Origin: Picochlorum sp. SENEW3
Lineage: Eukaryota
Direction: 5' to 3'
DNA length: 64,000 nucleotides
Assembly: GCA_034226945.1 (NCBI GenBank)
Contig: CP120453.1
Coordinates: 620,001 to 684,000, forward strand
Shown: positions 41,823-51,924 of the stretch, one piece after another
Layout: every line of letters begins with the position of its first letter
Numbering within the stretch: the stretch's first letter is position 1
The notes under the pieces: generated by a model
What the model saw: only the letters and a program-made list of their open reading frames with translations
Databases searched by the model: none
What the model was told of the DNA's origin: nothing
Made by a program: the position numbers and the translations under genes

Positions 41823-44267
41823 TTAGTGGAACTCTTCCTCCTCCTCCTCAAGGAACTCCTCCTCCTCCTCGAGGAGATCCTCATCCTCATCCTCCTCATA
41901 GTAGTCCTCATCCTCATCCTCCTCGAGGAGATCCTCATCCTCATCCTCCTCATCATAGTAGTAGTAGTAGTCGTCCTCCTCTTCAGAGTCATCGGAGGTG
42001 CTGCTAAGATATCTTTGCAATAAATCTGCGTCGCGGAGTATGCAGGTGCCATATTTATCGACCAAATCATCAACAATGTCAACATGATCTCTACAGTGTG
42101 CTAGCTCCACTGCGGTTTTGCCATCAGCATTGATTGCATGGATATCCAATCCTGGGACTTCCATCAAATGCCTGACAGCATCTCTGCAGTTATGTTCACA
42201 TGCAATAATCAACGCCGTGCATCCCTCATGATTTTTCGCATTGACATCGACTCTGTCATTCGTACACAAATATTTGACAGTTCTTGCGCTATCACTACCA
42301 CAGGCAAGCATCAATGCTGTCCAGCCAATATGGTCCCTGTCATTCAAGTCGATAATACACCTCTCATACAGATACATCGCAACTTCTAGATTACCTCTAG
42401 AGCATGCGTGCATGAAACAGGTTCTGCCTTTTGTATCTCTTGCTTGGACGTCGGCTTTCCCAGTCTCATACAGATATATGGCGAGGTCTTCATCAATAGC
42501 AGAGCATGCATCCATGAACAGTGTCTCTCCAGAGCAATCACGTTCATTCACATCAAAGTATCCTACTTCTTCGTATAAGAATTTGACTAGATCAATTTCA
42601 CTCTCCGAGCATGCATGCCTGAAGGCTGTCCAGCCATTAAGATCCTTCACATGCATGTCGACTTTATTTGTCGCATGCAAATACTTGACCATGTCTAGGT
42701 GGTCACTCCCGCAGGCCATCATGACTCCTGTCATACCAGATATGTCTTCTTTATTAAGATCGTAGCCTCCTATTATCTCGTGCAAATACCTCACAATATC
42801 TACTCTGCCCATAGTGCACGCAAGGGTGAATGCTGTATGGCCATCATCCTGTACAACATGGGCATCAACTTTCCCGGTTTCATACAGATACTTTACAACC
42901 TCCACAGTACCAGTAAAGCATGCAGACGTGAAGCATGTCCCTCTAAAGTTATCTTCAGCTCTGATATCCACATTTCCTGTCTCGTATAAATACTTGACAA
43001 TGTCTAAATGGCCGTTCTCACAGGCAATCATGAATGCAGACATTCCACGTGGATCTTGTTCATTCAGGTCAATGCCTTCAACTTCACATAAATACTTGAC
43101 AACACCAAAATACCCAGACGAACATGCGATCATCAAGGCCGTACAGCCATCGCTATTCTTTTCACCTATGTTGACCTTCCCAGTCTCGTACAAATACTTG
43201 ACTGCATCTACATGGCCATGAGAGCATGCCAGCCCGAATACTGTATCTCCAGCAGGGCATCTTTCATTCACATCAAAGATTCCTACTTCTTCATATAAAA
43301 ATTTGATGATACCAATACTACCCCCAGCGATTGCATGCTTGAAGGCTGTCCACCCATTACGATCCTTGTCACGCATATCGAATTTCCCAGTCTCATACAA
43401 GTATTTGAAAATATCCAAGTGACCACCGGAACATGCCTGCATGAGTGCCGTCAACCCATCCTCACCTGAAAAGCTGATGTTGAATTTGCCAGTCAGATGC
43501 AAATATTCGACAACGGCCATGTGGCCATTTTTACATGCACGCCTGAATGCAGGTGGAGCATGGCATGCTATAGATGAACCCCCCTCACAGAAAAACTTCA
43601 CAATCTGCAAGTGCCCATTCAATATAGCATTGTGGAGAACAATTCCAAATAGATGGAAAGACCGATCAGCGAGCCCAAGAATCCAGCGGATATGCTCTAC
43701 ATCAAAACCTGCCAGGCTAGCTGCTCCCGCAGCATCAGATGCATATCCTTGAGCAATCCTTTTGGATCTCATCATCTCCTGTTTATCTTCATAGCCTCTT
43801 TTCCTCTTTAAAATGATATTCTTAATGATACGGGTATTTTGCATAGCCTTCAGACCCGCTCGAACAGTCTTATAGACTCGTAAAGGGACATAGTCCAAGC
43901 AACTGAGGACCTGTCTAAACTCATCCACTGTCTTGGGAGGGTTTTTTTCGAGCTGAGAAGCGGCTTTATGTGGAAGGTTGCGTACGATGAATATCTCAGC
44001 ATTTAATCTATCGACACAGCAGCCCTCTCGAATGAACGGAGGCTCCCCCGAATGCCTGGTCAAGTGCTTTTTCAGCTCCTCCTGTTTCAAAAACCCAAGC
44101 GCATACAGACTCACGCACGCCTGTACCTCTTTCAAGCAAAACACATTGCTCAAATGCTTCAAAATATGAGACTGAATGAGACCAGGACCAAAAATGCGAT
44201 CAATTCTATCTCGACGCGTGGATTTGTTTTCAGGGATGAATTTCGTTGTTGTTGCTTTCGAGTCCAT
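41823..44267 (-). CDS. Ankyrin-repeat protein B (about 16 repeats; paralogue of A; Glu/Asp/Tyr tail)
   Basis: 814-aa intronless ORF; a stretch of about 70 N-terminal residues is identical to protein A; same repeat framework. Confidence 0.9.
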   Translation of the reverse strand: MDSKATTTKFIPENKSTRRDRIDRIFGPGLIQSHILKHLSNVFCLKEVQACVSLYALGFLKQEELKKHLTRHSGEPPFIREGCCVDRLNAEIFIVRNLPHKAASQLEKNPPKTVDEFRQVLSCLDYVPLRVYKTVRAGLKAMQNTRIIKNIILKRKRGYEDKQEMMRSKRIAQGYASDAAGAASLAGFDVEHIRWILGLADRSFHLFGIVLHNAILNGHLQIVKFFCEGGSSIACHAPPAFRRACKNGHMAVVEYLHLTGKFNISFSGEDGLTALMQACSGGHLDIFKYLYETGKFDMRDKDRNGWTAFKHAIAGGSIGIIKFLYEEVGIFDVNERCPAGDTVFGLACSHGHVDAVKYLYETGKVNIGEKNSDGCTALMIACSSGYFGVVKYLCEVEGIDLNEQDPRGMSAFMIACENGHLDIVKYLYETGNVDIRAEDNFRGTCFTSACFTGTVEVVKYLYETGKVDAHVVQDDGHTAFTLACTMGRVDIVRYLHEIIGGYDLNKEDISGMTGVMMACGSDHLDMVKYLHATNKVDMHVKDLNGWTAFRHACSESEIDLVKFLYEEVGYFDVNERDCSGETLFMDACSAIDEDLAIYLYETGKADVQARDTKGRTCFMHACSRGNLEVAMYLYERCIIDLNDRDHIGWTALMLACGSDSARTVKYLCTNDRVDVNAKNHEGCTALIIACEHNCRDAVRHLMEVPGLDIHAINADGKTAVELAHCRDHVDIVDDLVDKYGTCILRDADLLQRYLSSTSDDSEEEDDYYYYYDEEDEDEDLLEEDEDEDYYEEDEDEDLLEEEEEFLEEEEEEFH

Positions 44268-44689
44268 CTATACCTTGCTGGTTGTATCAGGGATTCTCTG
44301 TAACCCATATACTTCATAAAAACATATCTCATGTATATTTTTTTAGCAATTATTAAATATCGCCTGGAATGGACAAGAACAGATCTCAAATCGAAATGAA
44401 TGAAATTGAAGCGTCAACGACATGGGCGCCACTGATGGCCATGATCAGTTTGGAGTCCAAATGACATGCATATTCACATGCAGAGATGGATGATGATTGT
44501 TGTATCAGGTAGCACACGTGCTCATCCCATCTAGACATGTCTGGGTGATGCCAATCCTATACATATATCTGTATGACCAGATCCTCTAGAGGAGAAAGAA
44601 GAAGAAGAGGAATCCCATGCAGGTGTAGGGCATGGCATATATCTCATCCAGATGGATGGACTCGTGCATATAAAATATAGAATATCTGT

Positions 44690-45496
44690 ATGATTTATAT
44701 CAATACGCAGAGGGTATTCGTTCGTGCTTGTATCAGATCAAGCTCTGTAGCGAAACTATTGAGAAGGAGGGATTCTTCTTCTTCTTGCCGCATGTGCCCT
44801 GGAGCAGCAATGACTCGCGAAAATGGCCATGGAGCCCCTGATGGTGATACATTTACAATATTGGATGACACACCAGTCTATAATAGGTATATGACGGTGT
44901 ATAATAGACGTGTTCAATTTCCAAGCCATAGTGCGGGTGGAGTCAACACCTCGTCTTGCTTGGAAGACCCACCTGTCCATGAGTTTGATGTGGTAGGGCA
45001 TCCCAAGGCTAGTTTTCACTTTTGCATATCTTTTCCATATCATCCTCCTGTACATGGAGGGCATTGGTCGGAGGGGGAGGTGACTATGATTCGTGAATAT
45101 GCCCAGGGTCCTAGTGAGATGGTCTATGGGCTTCCTGCGGGATCATTCCATGAAGAGTCGCACAAGACCCTGGAAGGATGTGCTATGGCAGAACTCTCAG
45201 AAGAAGCTCATTTATGTGGAGGAAAGATGTATAAACTACTGGATGAGACATGCCCTGGTATAGCAGAGGTGAAATGGTGTCGGAATAGGTTTACACCATT
45301 CATTGTGTATGATCCACAGCCTGATGAAGCACCAGGCTCTAGAGATAGCGAAGAGGTTATAGAGATTCAGCGAATGAAGATTACAGATATTAAAAAATTG
45401 CTTCGATCGGGGAATATGCTGCTTCCATCTGTCACAACATGTTACTGGGCGTTTGAATGGTTGGATGAACATTATCATCATGGGCTCTCTGAATAG
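44690..45496 (+). CDS. Nudix hydrolase
   Basis: MIREYAQG and variant Nudix box GLPAG...AMAELSEEAHL, plus RDSEEVIEI. True start may be 44792 or later. Confidence 0.8.
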   Translation: MIYINTQRVFVRACIRSSSVAKLLRRRDSSSSCRMCPGAAMTRENGHGAPDGDTFTILDDTPVYNRYMTVYNRRVQFPSHSAGGVNTSSCLEDPPVHEFDVVGHPKASFHFCISFPYHPPVHGGHWSEGEVTMIREYAQGPSEMVYGLPAGSFHEESHKTLEGCAMAELSEEAHLCGGKMYKLLDETCPGIAEVKWCRNRFTPFIVYDPQPDEAPGSRDSEEVIEIQRMKITDIKKLLRSGNMLLPSVTTCYWAFEWLDEHYHHGLSE

Positions 45497-45540
45497 CATG
45501 GATGAACATTATCATCATGGGCTCTCTGAATAGCATGGAT
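45462..45540. repeat. Exact 37-bp tandem duplication
   Basis: tggatgaacattatcatcatgggctctctgaatagca occurs at 45462 and 45499, followed by tggat. Confidence 0.95.
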
Positions 45541-46533
45541 CATGTAGTCCCAGAATGCATCAGTGTTCATCGTCATGCATACATTCACATTCGGTTCCTT
45601 GCCTAAATGATGCCATATATCGACGATAGTCTGGCCAGATGATGGACCATCAAGAGAGGTGTCAACATGTACATACAACCTCTCGGCACTGAATATACCT
45701 GGATCGAGAACATATGCGACCGCGCATGGATCATGCAGCGGCGGATCGCTGAATTTAAATACCTTTTTGTACGTATCTGCAAAGAATGTTAATAATTCAA
45801 TCGTCTTGCTTATCATCAGGGAGGATGCATCTCCTATTGATTGAATCCTTTCAAGCACACGCGGTGTACACAGAGCTGTATGTGTCACCTCCAGGGGCAC
45901 CATGGTGACATCAACACCTGATGATAATACTCTATGAAAAGCATGTGGATCTGTTTGGACGTTGAACTCACTCACTGGACCCGTATTTCCTGCTCCAATG
46001 GACCCAGCCATGCATGTCACCCTCATCATCTCCACAATCTCTGGATACAAAATAATAAGCAGCGCAATATTCGTTAATGCCCCTGTCGCCACAACATTCA
46101 CCTTTGTTGTTCCCTTGTTGTATTCTTTAGAAATAGAGTCGTAGATGTATGCCATGGCATTCTCCCGTATCGGGTGCTGGCCTGAAGAGGCAGGTGGAAG
46201 ACATGGCTCTCCATCAAGTCCATCCAGCCCACTGGATCCGTGAATCTCAGGACAGCACTGAGATGCTTTTATCAAAGGCCTTGGCTGTCCCTGAACAACA
46301 GGAATCCCGTGTAATCCGTAGAAATCAATCGCTCGAAGGGCATTCTCAGTTGTATGCTCTACCGTCTGGTTACAAGCCACCGTACTGATACCCAAGAGGC
46401 GGATCCTGTCGGTGGAGTATCCAGCTAAAATAATGGCAAATACATCGTCATGACCAGGGTCACAATCAAGCCATACAACTATTTTTTCTCTCTGCTGCTG
46501 CTCGGATTCTTGCATACTATTAATTGTTGGCAT
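45478..46533 (-). CDS. Inosine/uridine-preferring nucleoside hydrolase
   Basis: DCDPGHDD aspartate cluster, IHGSSGLDG, TGALTNIA, SEFNVQTDP, LHDPCAVA. Confidence 0.95.
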   Translation of the reverse strand: MPTINSMQESEQQQREKIVVWLDCDPGHDDVFAIILAGYSTDRIRLLGISTVACNQTVEHTTENALRAIDFYGLHGIPVVQGQPRPLIKASQCCPEIHGSSGLDGLDGEPCLPPASSGQHPIRENAMAYIYDSISKEYNKGTTKVNVVATGALTNIALLIILYPEIVEMMRVTCMAGSIGAGNTGPVSEFNVQTDPHAFHRVLSSGVDVTMVPLEVTHTALCTPRVLERIQSIGDASSLMISKTIELLTFFADTYKKVFKFSDPPLHDPCAVAYVLDPGIFSAERLYVHVDTSLDGPSSGQTIVDIWHHLGKEPNVNVCMTMNTDAFWDYMIHAIQRAHDDNVHPCYSESP

Positions 46534-46781
46534 GGCAATGAGACATCAATGCTGCTCCAAAATGTATATTTTTTTGGATGCCATGGGCATCCTTACTCGT
46601 ACATTTTTGTCAACTAGTACATCTGCCTATTATGAATACCATTTTTGATTGATAGATGGCCTATGTATTCATACATGGCAATGGCTTGCCATTTTAAATG
46701 AAAATTAAGGAAGAAGAGCACTACCTGCGACGATATGATATGACCCGATTCACACCCAAACCCAACACAAATACTACTGCG

Positions 46782-47426
46782 ATGAATACATGTACAACAA
46801 CAACAATCCTGGTCCTGATTGGCATAATAGGAGTGCCTTGGCTCGCACGGGCAGAGTACTCTGTTCCGGTTGTTTCCGATAATGATTTGGCAAGCATTGC
46901 CTCAAGTCTCGAAAGCTTTGCAGATTCACTCGATACATCGACATTATTAAATAAAACAGCCCTCTCGGAGGCCATCGTCGCCTACCTCGAGTCACACGGT
47001 CCAGAGTATTTTGGCTCTACAGTAACGGTATTGAACACGAACGGAACAGCGGCATACAGCCCATACGTGTACCATGATGGTGCCGACAATCTCATTCAGA
47101 CGGATGATCTCATGGCACCATCATATTCTATCAATGAGCAGGCGTGGCTTCGGGAGCCTATTGACCAAGGCAAGGCAATTTGGACTGACCCATACTTTGA
47201 TGAGGGTGGAGGGTCCATTTGGATGCGGACGAGATCATATCCTATATTCAATTCCACGAGTGGCAGTGAGGATGATATCGTCGCAGTCGCGACGACTGAT
47301 ATTCGCGTAGAAGCACCGCAGACGAGCAGCAGCGGTGCAACTTCCTTGTTGTTGTCGACGACTCCCATAAAAAGAGGAAGAGGAGCAACCACCTTGTTGG
47401 TGGTTGCTCTGTTGCTCTTGTTGTGA
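46782..47426 (+). CDS. Secreted/anchored stand-alone Cache (dCache-like) sensor-domain protein
   Basis: Signal peptide ending WLARA; YSPYVY...QAWLREP...GKAIWTDPYFDEGGG...MRTRSYPI...VAVATTDI; Ser/Thr linker and hydrophobic C-terminus. In-frame upstream ATG at 46698. Confidence 0.75.
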   Translation: MNTCTTTTILVLIGIIGVPWLARAEYSVPVVSDNDLASIASSLESFADSLDTSTLLNKTALSEAIVAYLESHGPEYFGSTVTVLNTNGTAAYSPYVYHDGADNLIQTDDLMAPSYSINEQAWLREPIDQGKAIWTDPYFDEGGGSIWMRTRSYPIFNSTSGSEDDIVAVATTDIRVEAPQTSSSGATSLLLSTTPIKRGRGATTLLVVALLLLL

Positions 47427-47808
47427 GCAAGCAAATAATACTACTACCTCCATAATTGTTGAACAAGAGTGGTAATAATACATCATTGCTCCTTGTCATG
47501 TGTTGTCCAGGAACCTTTTTTTTTTTCATGGAAAAAAGCCCCTTGTCACTCATGATGGTAGCAGCAAGCTAGCTTGCTACAAGGTACTAATGGTCATTTC
47601 TGGAATGTCAGAAACCGTGCTCTGGTGTTATTTTCAGAAATATGAATTCTCGGATACATTAATGGTGTAATATATATCCTGAACTGAATGGGTTATTGAT
47701 TTCGTTCTACTATCGAACGAGTTGTATTATCTAGTAGTCCTGTCGGTTTCTGCAGCAACAATGACAAGCAGAAGTATTGCATCGGGGAAAACCCGAAGCA
47801 CCATAAAT

Positions 47809-50195
47809 ATGGATGAAAATGTTATTATCAAGGGATGGCTAGCACGGTGCGTATCTGTTTGGTTTTGTTCTATAAAAAATAAATATACTTCGCCATCCAT
47901 GGCGAGCACTGTTGTTTCTTCTTTTTGTTCTTCGATATCATGCATCTTGACATTCATCATAAGAGAATGTCCGTATGTGTAGGGAAAGTACTGTTGTGGA
48001 GCGGTTGTTGAATAGACGGTTTGCTGTATTGACTCCGTCAGTGTTTGCAACATTTAGAAAGGAAACGGATGATGCTCCGTCCAAAGTATGGTCTGTGACA
48101 AAGGATGTGATAGTAACGCCGGTAAAAGGTGAGGAATATCATTTGAGAAAGCCTGGAACGAGTACGTTTTGGGCTGTGGCCAGTGGTGCATATGATAAGA
48201 TACAAATGTGGGGATTTTGTGTGACGTGGTCTTCTGTCATGTCGTCTGATAAGCTTACCATGGCGTTTGAATCGGAGGATGTGGCGAAGGAATGGCATGC
48301 TGCGTTTGAAAAAGCTGTATCACATGCGGCGTCGCAGGATGGAAGTGTGACTGTGCATGGTCATGGCAGCCTAATGTCTCACGCTGACAGAAGATTGAAC
48401 ACAAGTCAGTCTCTCGAGTCTACCGAGGAAGCCCCTGGACATCAAGGAAGCGAGGTTCAAAAGCGATCTTGGGCATCTTTGTTGCATATTAATGGTATAT
48501 CTGTGTATGTTGAAGAATTGGATGCGGATGGTGGTGGTGGAGCGCTCATGGTGTCTGCTGTGGTGAGGGCTCCGCCATCTGATGTGACGTCTCATCTTGT
48601 TCGCGTTCGAAAAACAGAAGGTCTCGCAATTTTTGCTGGTGCGAGGACGTTGAAGACTGTTGATGAGAATACGCATATAATTGGTCAGACGTGGAGAGGG
48701 AGTGGTATCTTGGGTAGATGCACGGCACCGAGAGAAATGGTGTTGCTTAGGACGTGGAGAAAGGATATGGATGGCACGTATATTGTCCTGTATCAGTCGA
48801 CTAATCATGTTGCTATGAGAAAGCAAAATGGAAGATGGTGGTCCTTGTCGACCCCGATCAGAGTGGATGTAGAGGCTGCTGGATTCACTATTGCTCCTCT
48901 GTTGCCAAAGTATGCATCTTCTGCTGCCGAGTCACAGGAATCTCTGGTCACGCTTGTTCTTAAAGCAGATTTGGGAGGCATGCTTTCTGGAGGAAGTGCA
49001 GCAGGGAGATTGCTTTCTCCGTTCCAAGGGGTTGCTGTCAAGAGCATGTTGGAGCCAGTGGTGACGTCCATTGTGGTGCTTCGTGATCAGGTTGAACAAA
49101 GCAGGTTTGTCATTCGACCGCTGTCACATGTATTGGATATGGAACAAGAGCAACCCAAGGAAGAATTGGGTGCTCCAAGCAAAAGGAAAATGGAACGGAC
49201 TGCGACAATGCTTGTGTATAGAGACCGAGCTACCTTGGCAGATGCACAAATGCATCGTAAAGAGGAGAAGGAATCTGAGACAGCTGTCAAACAACAACCT
49301 GTAGAGCCGAGCGAGAGTCCAGATATTTCTTGGGCTATTGCTGGAACATGTCAAAAGAAATATTGGCTTTCACCAGGAAGTTCCTCCTTTAAAGTTCGGG
49401 GTAAAAAGTATCTTGTGGACAAGAAGAAGATTCCAGCTGCCGTCCCCATGTTTGAGCTTGTTGCAGTAGATTTGCTCGAAATGGAGGAACCTGTGTATCA
49501 TGTGTGCCAACATTTGCCCGCCGTCGAACATAGTCCAGCTCCATTTTTGTTCTGTGTGCAAATGATGGTGCCATCGTCACCACCTGTAAGTCTGGTCAGC
49601 TCATGGGCAGCCCCATACCAGATGATGAATGTAGAGCCAGCACAGCTTGTTCAGCAGTTTGAGGATGACCATGGACCATGTCCTGAGGAAATTAGCGCCT
49701 TTTTCAAAGCGTTTACAGAGTACGTGGACTATTTTTTAAATGACATCTGTGCATCATTCTTCATGGACCGCATCGTATCATGCCATGTGCAGGTTTGTTG
49801 AGGGAGATGGTGCTGCAGCTGATGCAAAACGGAATAAAAAGTTCAAAATGATTCCCAATATTGCCCGAGGGAGCTGGATAATAAAGCAAAGTGTCGGTAC
49901 GACACCTGTAATTCTAGGGCAAAAGCTTGCGACAAAATACTACAGAGGAAAGAATTATTTCGAGGTTGATGTGGATATTGGAGCCAACAGTGTGGCTGCG
50001 TCCATCACAAACTTGGTCTGTGGTGCAACGAAAAGTCTTGCAGTCGATCTCGGTGTCTTAATTGAAGGCCAATCTGAGGACACATTGCCAGAACAATTGA
50101 TCGGAACAGTTCGTCTGGATGCCCTTGACCTGAAAACTGCATCCTACTTTGACGAGACATCTGGCACTGTGATACGAAAGGGAGATATGATGTGA
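47809..50195 (+). CDS. EDR2-like protein (PH + START + EDR2 C-terminal domain)
   Basis: Introns 47847-47982 and 49720-49792. PH-like IIKGWL...AKEWHAAF, START-like RTWRKDMDGTYIVLYQS, and C-terminal FKVRGKKYLVDKKK...FKMIPNIARGSWIIKQSVG. Confidence 0.88.
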
Positions 50196-50486
50196 TATGT
50201 CTGATGAAAGGAAACAGAATATAGTCTATGATGCTATCATGTTCGGTGATATTTAACGCGTATTGTCTCATCATGAATATGCTTGTTGATCTTTTCGAAT
50301 AGACAGATCTGTGCTTCTACAAGATCTTGTAGGCAATAAAAAAGTCAACGAGGTGCATCATGCATATTGGTGGGAAACCATCCGGTCCTACCCCATTCAT
50401 ATAATTGAGAAAGGATTGTCTGTAAATAGTAGAACCCTCCGAGAAAAGGAAGGAAGGGAGGGAGGAAATTCTGTTCGTTGTGCAAC

Positions 50487-51901
50487 ATGGCTCTCGCACC
50501 TCGACAGTATCTGGTTGCACTCAGCGCTGTTGGGTGGATCGGACCTCTGATTGCATTCTTACAAATTAAAGATCCAAATGTGTGGTATTCAATCGTTATT
50601 AGTGCATTGATCAGTGGAGTTGGTTTTTTTGTAACCAAAGCCTCGATTCCAATTATAAAAAGGCGTACGTTGCGAGCAGGGCTGAGTGGAAAGGACATAA
50701 ACAAAAGAGGATCAAAAGAAGGAGAAAAGGATGTTCCAGAGTCCCTTGGATTAGCGCCAGGTGTCGTGTTTTTGGTATGTCTTTTGGTCAATTAATCACC
50801 CAGACAGCACTGCAGTCAGACCTTGACGTGGTCCTTTTTTCACATATGCGATGGTTTTAATACGTGTGTAGGTGTGTGTGATACTCTTCGAACAGTTGCA
50901 TTACTATGATGCATCTACTTTTGTGCATGAACTCTTGCAAGGAAGGCTTGATTTTCAGTTACAAGGAGCAACAGATGCATGGTTGGTAGATTACAATGCT
51001 GCATTGGCCACAATATGTTTCATGCTGTTCCTTGGGTTCGCGGATGATGTTTTAGATATTCCATGGAGGGTCAAGTTGCTGCTCCCGTGCTTGGCGTCGT
51101 TGCCATTGCTGTCAGCGTATTCTGGAGGAACAGGTATTGTGGTCCCAAAGCCTCTTGTTGCCATGTTGAATATCCCCTCGTATTTGGAGCTAGGCTTTTT
51201 ATATAAGATTTATATGGTCACGTTGGTGATATTTTGTGCAAATTCGATTAATATTTTGGCGGGTATTAATGGGTTGGAAGCGGGGCAAACTTTTGTCATC
51301 TCTTGTGCTGTGTTGTTGCACAATTGCATGCAGCTGGCTGGCCCATCTGGGGAGATACCTGAAGGTGCGTCCTAGTTCTTTTTTTTTACTTCTTTAGAAT
51401 GCTAATATGATAAAAAAATCACTCGTTTATTAATCATATGGTATGCGTGCAGTTCGAGATGGTCATTTATTCTCAGCATATCTCATGCTGCCATTAGCAG
51501 CAACAACTCTGGGACTGTTGGTGTTCAACTGGTATCCGTCACAGGTTTTCGTAGGAGACACATTTACATACTTTGCGGGTATGACATTAAGTGTGGCAGG
51601 AATTCTTGGGCATTTTAGTGAAACGCTGTTGCTGTTCTTTGTTCCCCAGATTTTGAATTTCATCTACAGCATACCCCAGTTGTTCAAATGGAAACCCTGT
51701 CCACGCCATAGGCTTCCCAAATACGATCCTGCAACTGGCTTGCTCCATGGAACAGATAATATGAATTTGGTGAATTTATTCCTCAGGGTTCTTGGGCCTC
51801 AAACAGAATTGATGTTATGCGTGTACATTTTAGCATTCCAAGTTGTGTGCTGTGCATTTGGTTTCATCCTTAGATTCTTCTTAGCAGGGATATATAAATA
51901 A
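50487..51901 (+). CDS. DPAGT1: UDP-GlcNAc:dolichyl-phosphate GlcNAc-1-phosphate transferase
   Basis: Introns 50775-50871 and 51365-51452; [43 protein letters not shown]. Confidence 0.95.
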
Positions 51902-51924
51902 GACTATTCTTACAGTTATAATAT

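Noticed and set aside
41633..42085. Alternative-frame Arg/Met-rich and Pro/His-rich ORFs
   Set aside because: Frame and antisense shadows of the low-complexity acidic tail of ankyrin B.
39282..44267. Endogenous giant-virus insertion or CRISPR-like array
   Set aside because: No viral hallmark genes (capsid, polB, packaging ATPase) and no repeat-spacer structure; the periodicity is protein-coding ankyrin repeats.
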